From Thermoplasmatota archaeon (lineage in GTDB: Archaea > Thermoplasmatota > Thermoplasmata > SG8-5 > DAIRED01), in NCBI GenBank assembly GCA_036795795.1, contig DAIRED010000001.1, positions 1-33,195 of the forward strand: DNA of 33,195 nt. Direction: 5' to 3'. The notes beneath the pieces are model-generated. The model saw only the letters and a list, made by a program, of their open reading frames with translations. It made no database searches and was not told the DNA's origin. This document shows, piece after piece, positions 23,842 through 31,782 of this stretch. Each line of letters opens with the position of its first letter. Position 1 is the first letter of the stretch. Position numbers and translations under genes: made by a program.

Positions 23842-26163
23842 TCAGCGCCTCCTGAGCCGCGGGTTCACAATCTCATCCACCGCCCGCCCCACGAGGTAGA
23901 ACCCCAGGGACAGCACCGTAATGGCGATTCCGGGCGGCAACAGCCACCACCAGGCGGTCAGGGTGTTCCCCGACGTCTGGATCGTGCTCAGCAGGATGCC
24001 CCACGTCACGGACTTGGGGTCGCCGAGGCCGAGGAAGCTCAGCGCCGCCTCGGTGATGATTGCGCCAGCGACCATCAGGGTCATGTAGAGGAAGGTGAAG
24101 GGCAGGACGTTCGGCGCGATGTGCTTGATGATTATCTTCGCGTCGCTGGAGCCGCCGACGCGCGCCGCGTCGATGAACGGGCGCTCCTTGAGCGAGAGGG
24201 CCTGCGCCCTGATGACCCTCGCGATGCCTGGCCACCCCAGCAGGGCGATGATGAGGATGATGTTCCATATGTTCGGCCCCATTATCGCGGTGAGAATCAG
24301 GACTATTGGCAGCGTCGGCAGGACGAGGATGATGTCCGTGAACCTCATCAGGAGGGTGTCGGTCCATCCGCCGTAGTAGCCGGAGATGAGCCCCAGCAGG
24401 GTTCCGAAGAAGACGGCGAAGAATGCCGAGAGCACGCCGACGAGGAACGCAATCCGGCTGCCGTAAATCAGGTGCGTGAGGATGTCGTGCCCGACGTTGT
24501 CGGTGCCCAGGTAGTAGGTGTTCCCCGACGCGTACGTACCGGGAGGCAGAGGCGCCTTTATCGTCCCGACGAACTGGAATATAGTGGCCGTGGCCGTCCC
24601 CTCGTCGAAGTAGAGGCCGTTGACCTCGCCGGACGTGAGCGAGCCGTACTTGGTACCCGAGAACGAGCCGACGTAGCACAGGTACTTCGTCGACTGCTCG
24701 GTGTCGTAGAAGACCTGGATTCCCTTGCGCGCGCCTGCGTCTGTGCTCGATATTGTCGTCAGGCCCGCGTAGACCTTCCCGCTGACGCCGTGGAGGAAGA
24801 CCTTCGAAACCTCCGTCACGAAGAACATCGACTTTACCTTCTCGGGTATCTCGCCCTTGAAGTTGGGGTCGAGCGCACCGGCGAAAGTCAGCCTGTAGAC
24901 GACCGTCTCGGTCCCCTCGGATGTCGGCTCGGCCAGCTCGACAGCCGCGAGGAGCACGCCCCCCGACGACGTGTCTGGACCGACGGGAATCTTCGCCCCT
25001 TGCTCGTCGAAGACGTGGGTGGCGAATATCGTCTGGTTCAGCAGCGACAGGCAACCGATGGCTGCTCCGTCCGTCGATTCTAGGGGGAGGAATACCAGCG
25101 GAGGATAAAGGCTCTTGGAATAAGCTATCGGCGCCGAGACGTTCGCGGATTCCGAGCCAATCGTCAGTGGCAGCGACGACTCCAATCCGCCGCTCATGTT
25201 GTAGATGTCGATGTGCCCCGGCGTCGGGACCAGGATGCACGAGGCGTTGGGCTGCTCCAGGTTGTTGTACGGAAGGGGCTTTGCCACGACGGTCACGTTC
25301 GCGTCCACGAGGGTGACGAAGCTCCTTATGCCGAGGCTGTTCCACAGGTACTCCATCCTGTACGCCACGAGGCGCCCCTCGCCCGCCAGGGCGATGTACC
25401 TGTAAGGCCCGAACCTGCGCTGGACGACTCCGGAGAACGTCGCCTGCTGCAGCGGGATGTCGTACATGTCCCCGGTGGAGGTCGGGTCAACCGAGAGCCA
25501 TTCAGGGGTGAAATCGAGCGACACGTTCAACAGCAGCTCCGGGCCGGCCGCGCCGAAGGGGTCCACGACGGCGAAGGTGTCGTTGGCCAGGAAGACGACG
25601 AGGCCGTTGTAAATCTTGTCGCCGGAGTTGATGTTGGCGTCCCTGCCCGGGCATATGTACCTCATCTGGGTGAGCGGCGGGGAGAGCCCCAGGTCGGCGA
25701 TGTCGAAATCGACGGACGCGTTCCCCATCTCGAACGGCGTCACGTTGGTGAATGATGGCAGCATGAAATCCATGTGAACCTTGCCATCGGTCGAGGAGAC
25801 TATCAGCCAGAGGCCTCCGCCGACGGTGTTGTACTTGGGGGTCGTCGGGCCGATTATCGGCTCGTTGTACGTCGCCGCGGCGTCGTATGTGGCCGTGTGA
25901 TTGACTATCGTGAACACGTCCTGGTCGGGGGCCATGAACGAGGGCTTGTATGGGGAGATTACCGGCGCGAGGAGCGCCATCACGCCGAACATCAATATGA
26001 CTCCGAGCCCGACTATCCCCAGCTTGCTCTCCTTCAATGAGCGCCATGTCAGCGCAAGGAGCTTGACGTATCGCCTCGCCATCCCGGTCACCTTCTTCGC
26101 GGTGTCCGGCGGGGTCGGAAATCTGTCCCCCTCGGCTTTCGTTCCGTCGCTCACGTCGGCCAC
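23842..26163 (-). CDS. oppC: ABC permease, OppC/DppC-like, with a ~465-aa extracytoplasmic insertion after TM1
   Basis: 773 aa. TM1 (IVGLGVILMFGVMALLAPVI) and the canonical core (YLGTDNVGHDIL...EAA-loop-like region...IDAARVGGSS) are separated by residues ~80-545 (24529-25926). The start is GTG 26163 or ATG 26082. Confidence 0.9.
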   Translation of the reverse strand: MADVSDGTKAEGDRFPTPPDTAKKVTGMARRYVKLLALTWRSLKESKLGIVGLGVILMFGVMALLAPVISPYKPSFMAPDQDVFTIVNHTATYDAAATYNEPIIGPTTPKYNTVGGGLWLIVSSTDGKVHMDFMLPSFTNVTPFEMGNASVDFDIADLGLSPPLTQMRYICPGRDANINSGDKIYNGLVVFLANDTFAVVDPFGAAGPELLLNVSLDFTPEWLSVDPTSTGDMYDIPLQQATFSGVVQRRFGPYRYIALAGEGRLVAYRMEYLWNSLGIRSFVTLVDANVTVVAKPLPYNNLEQPNASCILVPTPGHIDIYNMSGGLESSLPLTIGSESANVSAPIAYSKSLYPPLVFLPLESTDGAAIGCLSLLNQTIFATHVFDEQGAKIPVGPDTSSGGVLLAAVELAEPTSEGTETVVYRLTFAGALDPNFKGEIPEKVKSMFFVTEVSKVFLHGVSGKVYAGLTTISSTDAGARKGIQVFYDTEQSTKYLCYVGSFSGTKYGSLTSGEVNGLYFDEGTATATIFQFVGTIKAPLPPGTYASGNTYYLGTDNVGHDILTHLIYGSRIAFLVGVLSAFFAVFFGTLLGLISGYYGGWTDTLLMRFTDIILVLPTLPIVLILTAIMGPNIWNIILIIALLGWPGIARVIRAQALSLKERPFIDAARVGGSSDAKIIIKHIAPNVLPFTFLYMTLMVAGAIITEAALSFLGLGDPKSVTWGILLSTIQTSGNTLTAWWWLLPPGIAITVLSLGFYLVGRAVDEIVNPRLRRR

Positions 26164-26164
26164 C

Positions 26165-27160
26165 TCACATCCTCACCCTCGGGTCGAGCCAGCCGTACAA
26201 GATATCCGCCAGGATGTTACTGAAGATTACAAGCAGGGAGAGTATGAAAAGCGTGGCCCCGGCCAGGAACTGGTCCTGCGTGAGGAGCGCCTCCAGGTAG
26301 GTGTAGCCTATGCCCTTGAAAGCGAATATCCCCTCTAGAATGACCGCGCCGCCCACGGCCAGCGCCAGCGATATTGTGAAAGACGTGACTATCGGCAGGT
26401 ACGCGTTCCGGTTTGCGTGCCTCGTGCGGACGAGGCGCTCGGAGAGCCCCTTGGCCTTCGCCGTGATGATGTAATCCTCGCCCATGACCTCGAGAAGCGA
26501 AGTCCGCATCAACAATATGATGCCCGCTATGCCAATTATCACCAGCACTATCAAAGGCAATATCATATGCCAGCCAAAATCGACCGCGCCGAAGTACCAC
26601 GCGTCCGTCGATATCTGAAACCGCGCGGCCGTGGCTCCCGGGTCCGAGAAGCCGTTCAACGGGAACCAGTCCAGCTTGAATGCGAAGAGCCAGATGCATA
26701 TCAGCCCTATCCAGAAGGATGGCATGTTGTAGAAGACGAGCGAGAATACAATTACGCCGCCCTCGGTCGGCCCGCCGCGCCGCCAACCTATGTATGACCC
26801 AATCATAACTCCCAAACCATATACGATAATCGTCTCCGCCCCGAACAGGAGCAGGGTTCTAGGCATCCTATCCGCCAATATTTCTGAGACTGGCTGTTTG
26901 TACTGGTAGGATTCGCCAAAATTGAGGGTGAACATGTTCTTCATGAACAGGAAGTATCGCTCGTGCGTTGGCTTGTTCAGACCGAACTCCCTTTCCAGCC
27001 TGTTGAGCTTCTCCTCGGTTATCGTCGGGTCCGCCCTGAAACGCGAAAGCGGGTCCCCCGGCATCCAAAGAAACAGCAGGAAAATAAGGCTAGTCACGAT
27101 GAATATGGTGATTAGCGCCTGTATCGTCCTGTTAGCGAGGTATCGACCCATTCCTGCCAA
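26165..27160 (-). CDS. oppB: ABC permease, OppB/DppB-like
   Basis: 331 aa. It has RYLANRTIQALITIFIVTSLIFLL...PGDP, a typical BPD-transporter core, and the C-terminus DILYGWLDPRVR. Confidence 0.93.
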   Translation of the reverse strand: MAGMGRYLANRTIQALITIFIVTSLIFLLFLWMPGDPLSRFRADPTITEEKLNRLEREFGLNKPTHERYFLFMKNMFTLNFGESYQYKQPVSEILADRMPRTLLLFGAETIIVYGLGVMIGSYIGWRRGGPTEGGVIVFSLVFYNMPSFWIGLICIWLFAFKLDWFPLNGFSDPGATAARFQISTDAWYFGAVDFGWHMILPLIVLVIIGIAGIILLMRTSLLEVMGEDYIITAKAKGLSERLVRTRHANRNAYLPIVTSFTISLALAVGGAVILEGIFAFKGIGYTYLEALLTQDQFLAGATLFILSLLVIFSNILADILYGWLDPRVRM

Positions 27161-27237
27161 TCGGATTCACCGGTCCTATTTTGGGTAGGGTGAAGACGCT
27201 ATATTATGTTTATGCCCAACGGCTTCGCTCTAGGTGG

Positions 27238-27268
27238 ATAAAACAAAGAAAAGAAGAATGAAAGAAAG
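27238..27268 (-). terminator. Pyrimidine/T-rich tract after the substrate-binding-protein gene (possible attenuating intra-operon terminator)
   Basis: The minus strand reads cctttctttcattcttcttttctttgtttt, starting ~20 nt after the TAA stop at 27290. It is followed by a TATA-like ataatata ahead of oppB. Confidence 0.3.
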
Positions 27269-27289
27269 GTTTTGAGCTGTCGGTTGCGC

Positions 27290-30200
27290 TTATTCGATCT
27301 TGGGCTGCTCCGGTTCCTTCGGCGCGGGCTGCCCGGCTGGCTTCGGGGCTGGCTTCGGCGCTGGTTTGGCCGCCGCCGGCTTCGAGCCGCCCATCATCTT
27401 GCCCAGTACGAGCCATCCGATGAGCAGCCCGACCACGAGCATCGCGACCGCCGCACCTGCGACGACCAACATGCTGTAGCCCTCGTCCCCGTCATCCGGC
27501 GTGACTACGGCCGGGGTGATGACGTTCAGCGTCACCGCCGCCTGGTCCGCGACTGCCATCACAGTCGTGTTGGCCGTTCCGGTGTAGACGTAGGCGAAGG
27601 ACACCGCCTGGGTGCCTCCAGCCGCCACGTTGACGACCTTGCTCGAGACGACCGTGCCGTCGACCGTGAGGTCGACGACCGCATCGCCCGAGACCGGGCC
27701 GCTGTTCGTGACGGTGACGCCTATCGTCGCCGCCGCGCCCTTGGTCACGTTCACCGGGTATGTCGGTGCGGAGAAGACCATGTGCGCCACGCCACCGAAG
27801 GTGGAGAGCTGTATCGAGCCCGTGTTGGTGCCCTTGACCGCGCTGACGGTGTAGACGTTGATTCCCTCGCTTGCCGCGACGACGGTGAGGACGGCCGTGC
27901 CGTTCTCGTCAGTTGCGCCGTACGTGGTTCCAACGTAGACCATCGCATCCTCGACAGCATTGCCGAAGATGTCGGTGACCTCAACGGTCAGGTCGACTGC
28001 GCCGCCAACCGCCGTCAGCGGGACGCTCGCCTCACCTGAGACGATGAGCGGAGACAGCCCGGCCGAGGTTGCCAAGTAAGGCATGGCTGGCTCGAACGGG
28101 AATCCGCCCTCGTAGTCGCCTACATCTGGGTTGTACATGCCGATTGCGTAGGCCGAGTCGTGGACGAGTCCGGTCATGTAGAGCGTCGCATCCGAGTTGC
28201 TCCTCGCCGCGACGTAGTTCCAGCTGACCATTCCATCGCCGTCCGTGGCGATTGTGGCCTGCAGGGACTTCGCGCCACCCTTTCCGTTGTATATCTGGAT
28301 GTCGCTGCCCACGAGCGCGCCGTTGACGTCGCTGAATCCCATGGTCACTGTGGTCGTGAAAGAGTCCATGCTCATGTAGGTCGAGCTCATCTCGAAGCTG
28401 CTCATGACCGCGACCGGCGCCCTCTGGAGGAGAGCCGCGTCGTAGATGGTCAGACCGGCGTCGAGGTACTCAACGAGCGCCTCGTCGGCTGGGTAGAGGT
28501 CGTCGCCGATGGCCATCTGGATGGCAATCGGGAAGTCGCCCTTGAACGACGATGTGGTCATCGATACGGTTATTTTCCCGGCCACGTCGGTCCTCAGGTT
28601 GTTGGCCACGTCGTATGGGTTCGGCAGCTCGTCGCCTGCATACCAGGCGTACACGCCGTCGTCGAAGTGGGCAGGTACGCCCGCCGAGACGAAGGGTATG
28701 AACATGTTGACCGCGGTGTCGTTGACCGGCTGGGCCGTCTTGTTGTAGACCGTCACCGTGAGCTGGATGTTGTCATCCGGCCCAGCGATGAGGTCGAAGT
28801 CGACGTCCGCTGCGAACATGTCGAGGCTGTTGTTGGCGAGCAGCGAGTCGTTGACGACGCACAGCTGCACCGTGTCGACGGTCGAGTACGCCTTTCCAAC
28901 GGTGAATATCGCCGTGAACTCCTGCGCCTCGGCAGTCTCGGAGTGTATGGTGAAGTTGACCATTCCGGTCGCGTTTGTGTTCTTCGTCGCGTCGGGCACG
29001 GTTATGTTCGCGTCAGCGGTGGATAGCTCCATCGTGACCTCCATCGCGTTGATTCCCACGCCGTCGAAGTCCTTCACGTTGACCCATACCATCGTTTCGT
29101 TCGGCTGGGCCGTCGTGGCGTTCGAGTCTAGGACGTACGCGCTGACCGAGGTCACGTCGACCTGGGCCCAGTCGTAGTCCGGGTTCTCGACGCCGATGCC
29201 TATCGCAGCCTGCTGTACCTCCGGCACTAGCATGTTCGCGACCGAGATGTTGGCCTTGAATATGTCGATGAGGTTGGTGTTGATTATGGGGTCGACCGGT
29301 GCGGTGTATGTGAAGACCGCCACTCCCGTGGCGTTGGTCGTCTTTGCCTCGTCATCGACTGCACCCAGCATGACATTGGTGTCCACGTAGACATCCACTC
29401 CGGCAACGCCGTTTCCGTCCTGGTCCACGACCGTGACGGTCACGTCAGAGTCGGCGCCCGCCGCCACGACTGGCGGCTCGGCGGATACCTTGACCTGGTT
29501 GAAGCTGGGCGGGATGATGACCGTGGTCTCGCCGTACGCGGTGGCGTTCTTGGTGCCGCTCTCGACGAAGACGCTGTACGAGGCCGTTCCGGACTGGAAC
29601 GGAACCGTGTCCGTGAAATTCGCGTAACCGTTGGCATTAGTCGTTTTAACTATGACCGTCGCATCGTAGCTCGACGTTATCTCGACGGAGGCGCCGTTGA
29701 CCGGCATGCCGTCCTGCGAGACGTAGACCGAGCCCGCCACGTCACCCTCGGCGAGGACGTTGCTCGGCAAGCTGACCCTGGCGTAAAGTTCGCCAGCGAC
29801 CGGCGCCGGCGGCGTCACGCTGCCGCCACCGCCCGTCGGCGGGTGCAGCGAGTTCAGCGAGAACCCGTTGTAGACCGTCCCGAATGCCGGGAGCCAGCCC
29901 TGCCAGGTGCTCTGCCTGAAGGCCTCGATGTTCTTCCTGTAGTAGAGGACGTTGTACGGCAGCTCTTCCATGATGATTCCGCAGATGTCCTTGACCATCT
30001 TGGCCCTGACGGTGTTGTCCATCGTCACGAGCATCTCGTCCATCATCGCGTCGGCGGTCGGGTTGTTGTAACCGGCGGCGTTGCTGCCGGCCGGGTTGAC
30101 CGCGACGTCGTAGTCGCTGTGGAAGAAGTCGAGCAGGTAGTTCTCGGGGAAGGAACCAACGCTCCATCCGAGGATGTATATGTCGAAGTCGTACGAGACG

Positions 30201-31639
30201 TAGGCCTTGGACACAATCGTGTCAAAGCTGGTCGGCGCAGACTCGGCGTTGATGCCCAGGGACTTGAGGTTCTTGGATATCATGATGCCAGCGTCGGCCC
30301 TGACCGGGTCGTAGTCCTTCGGCGGGGTCAATATGGATATCTTCAGCGGCGAGCCATCGACATTCTCCCTCCAGCCGTCGCTGTTGATGTCGTCGTATCC
30401 GGCGTCGTCGAGTAGGTCCTCGGCTGCCTGGAGGTTGAAGTTCGCGACGTGGTCCGGCACGGTGTTGTTGATGTAGAACGGGTTGGTGATGGCCATCGGG
30501 ACCGTTCCCTTGGTTCCGTAACCGCCCATCAGCCTGTTGACGATGTAGTCCTTGTCGCTACAGTAGGCGACGACCTTCCTGAAGTCCAGGTCATTCATCG
30601 GCGCCTTCCTGAAGTTGAAGGACGTGTAGAAGAAGCCCTGGTCCTGCGGGATCTGGAATCCGATGTTCGGGTCGGTCTTCAGAGAGTTGTAGAAGCCCGA
30701 GCCGATGTTCCACGGAATGAAGTGAATCTCGCCCTTCTTGAGAGCGAGAATCGCGACGTCGAGCGCGCCGTACTGCTTGAACTGGATGTGCCTGAGGTAC
30801 TGCGGGAAGAGCGGGTACTCCACGTCGGCCCATGTGATGGTCTCGTTGGTTCCCCAGTATCCGTCATAGACGTCAATCTGTGCGCCAACACCCTGTGTCC
30901 AGTAGTTCAGCATCCACGGCCCGGTTCCGATGGTCGCGTCCTTCTCGCTGTTGTCGGCTCCGTAGCTGTAGTCAGGCTGGGACTCCGTGGCTCCGGGGAT
31001 TTCGAAGTCGTCCAGCATCGCGTCGTCGATGGCCACGATGTGGTCTTCCCAGACGTGCGACGGGATGATCGGGACGCCGAGCGTGGCGTACCAGAACATC
31101 GAGTACGGTCCGTTGAGGTGGAATATCACCGTGTTGTCGTCGACAGCCTCGACACCGATGTGCGTCGTGCCGCCGTCCCATGCATCGAACGTTGCGTCCG
31201 TCCACAGGAGCGGGGTCATTATCTGCGTCTGGTACAGGCCCCATCCGAGGACCTGGTACGAGAAGGCGACGTCGGTCGCCGTCATCGGGGTTCCGTCGGT
31301 GAACGTTACGCCCTCGCGGAGCTCGAACGTGATGTTCAAACCGCTCGCGTCGGCCGTGTATTCAGCTCCCTCGTCGGTCGCACCGGGCAATGCCAGCACT
31401 GGGTACAGCTCGAAGTCGGGGGTGTATGCCATCAGCGTTTCGAAGTTCCACCCGAGTATGTTCGTCTTCCAGACGTCGTTGGTGTCGGGGTCGAACCAGC
31501 AAAGGTTCGCAGCGTCGTCCTGCATTCCCAGAATCAGAGTGTCCTGCGGTTCCTCCGCAGCGGTCACCATTGGAAACACGGCCGCAATCATGGCCACGAC
31601 TACCAATGCGCTAATCATTTTCGCTATCTTGTTCTTCAT
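27290..31639 (-). CDS. Family-5 (peptide/nickel) ABC substrate-binding protein fused to a long Ig-like-repeat stalk, a C-terminal TM anchor and a Pro/Lys-rich tail
   Basis: Trimmed to ATG 31639 (GGAGG is 7 nt upstream). Signal/anchor MKNKIAKMISALVVVAMIAAVFPMVTAAEE is followed by an SBP_bac_5-like region up to ...LHPPTGGGGS (~29830). About 780 aa of repeated beta modules follow, then the TM helix MLVVAGAAVAMLVVGLLIGWLVL, then KPAAAKPAPKPAPKPAGQPAPKEPEQPKIE. TAA stop. Confidence 0.9.
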   Translation of the reverse strand: MKNKIAKMISALVVVAMIAAVFPMVTAAEEPQDTLILGMQDDAANLCWFDPDTNDVWKTNILGWNFETLMAYTPDFELYPVLALPGATDEGAEYTADASGLNITFELREGVTFTDGTPMTATDVAFSYQVLGWGLYQTQIMTPLLWTDATFDAWDGGTTHIGVEAVDDNTVIFHLNGPYSMFWYATLGVPIIPSHVWEDHIVAIDDAMLDDFEIPGATESQPDYSYGADNSEKDATIGTGPWMLNYWTQGVGAQIDVYDGYWGTNETITWADVEYPLFPQYLRHIQFKQYGALDVAILALKKGEIHFIPWNIGSGFYNSLKTDPNIGFQIPQDQGFFYTSFNFRKAPMNDLDFRKVVAYCSDKDYIVNRLMGGYGTKGTVPMAITNPFYINNTVPDHVANFNLQAAEDLLDDAGYDDINSDGWRENVDGSPLKISILTPPKDYDPVRADAGIMISKNLKSLGINAESAPTSFDTIVSKAYVSYDFDIYILGWSVGSFPENYLLDFFHSDYDVAVNPAGSNAAGYNNPTADAMMDEMLVTMDNTVRAKMVKDICGIIMEELPYNVLYYRKNIEAFRQSTWQGWLPAFGTVYNGFSLNSLHPPTGGGGSVTPPAPVAGELYARVSLPSNVLAEGDVAGSVYVSQDGMPVNGASVEITSSYDATVIVKTTNANGYANFTDTVPFQSGTASYSVFVESGTKNATAYGETTVIIPPSFNQVKVSAEPPVVAAGADSDVTVTVVDQDGNGVAGVDVYVDTNVMLGAVDDEAKTTNATGVAVFTYTAPVDPIINTNLIDIFKANISVANMLVPEVQQAAIGIGVENPDYDWAQVDVTSVSAYVLDSNATTAQPNETMVWVNVKDFDGVGINAMEVTMELSTADANITVPDATKNTNATGMVNFTIHSETAEAQEFTAIFTVGKAYSTVDTVQLCVVNDSLLANNSLDMFAADVDFDLIAGPDDNIQLTVTVYNKTAQPVNDTAVNMFIPFVSAGVPAHFDDGVYAWYAGDELPNPYDVANNLRTDVAGKITVSMTTSSFKGDFPIAIQMAIGDDLYPADEALVEYLDAGLTIYDAALLQRAPVAVMSSFEMSSTYMSMDSFTTTVTMGFSDVNGALVGSDIQIYNGKGGAKSLQATIATDGDGMVSWNYVAARSNSDATLYMTGLVHDSAYAIGMYNPDVGDYEGGFPFEPAMPYLATSAGLSPLIVSGEASVPLTAVGGAVDLTVEVTDIFGNAVEDAMVYVGTTYGATDENGTAVLTVVAASEGINVYTVSAVKGTNTGSIQLSTFGGVAHMVFSAPTYPVNVTKGAAATIGVTVTNSGPVSGDAVVDLTVDGTVVSSKVVNVAAGGTQAVSFAYVYTGTANTTVMAVADQAAVTLNVITPAVVTPDDGDEGYSMLVVAGAAVAMLVVGLLIGWLVLGKMMGGSKPAAAKPAPKPAPKPAGQPAPKEPEQPKIE
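27335..27370. repeat. 12-nt tandem repeat (2 perfect + 1 degenerate) encoding the PKPA repeats of the SBP tail
   Basis: ggctggcttcgg occurs at 27335-27346 and 27347-27358, followed by cgctggtttggc at 27359-27370. Confidence 0.8.
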
Positions 31640-31719
31640 ATTTTTTCCTCCACTTCGCTTCCTTTCTGTTTCAGAATTGCTTGGTGGTCTAACTTCCAAA
31701 TATTGCACAGCAATGACCG

Positions 31720-31751
31720 TATATAAACATTTCGATATCATGTTATAAATG
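31720..31751 (-). promoter_or_regulatory. Two TATA-box-like elements upstream of the ABC transporter operon
   Basis: The minus strand reads ...catttataacatgatatcgaaatgtttatatacgg..., about 80-110 nt upstream of ATG 31639, in the 143-nt gap after the DP2 stop. Confidence 0.35.
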
Positions 31752-31782
31752 ACGCGCGCGCGAGATGCTCAACCGTCCCTGC

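Noticed and set aside
23698-25083. Long antisense ORFs opposite well-supported genes, for example 23698..25083 (+, 461 aa), 30449..31726 (+, 425 aa), 9859..10860 (+), 14691..15581 (+), 28160..29026 (+) and 1232..1897 (+).
   Set aside because: Their translations are Arg/Pro/Gly/Val/Asp-rich and low in complexity, with no recognisable motifs. They lie opposite genes with clear family signatures. Long stop-free antisense frames are expected in high-GC DNA.
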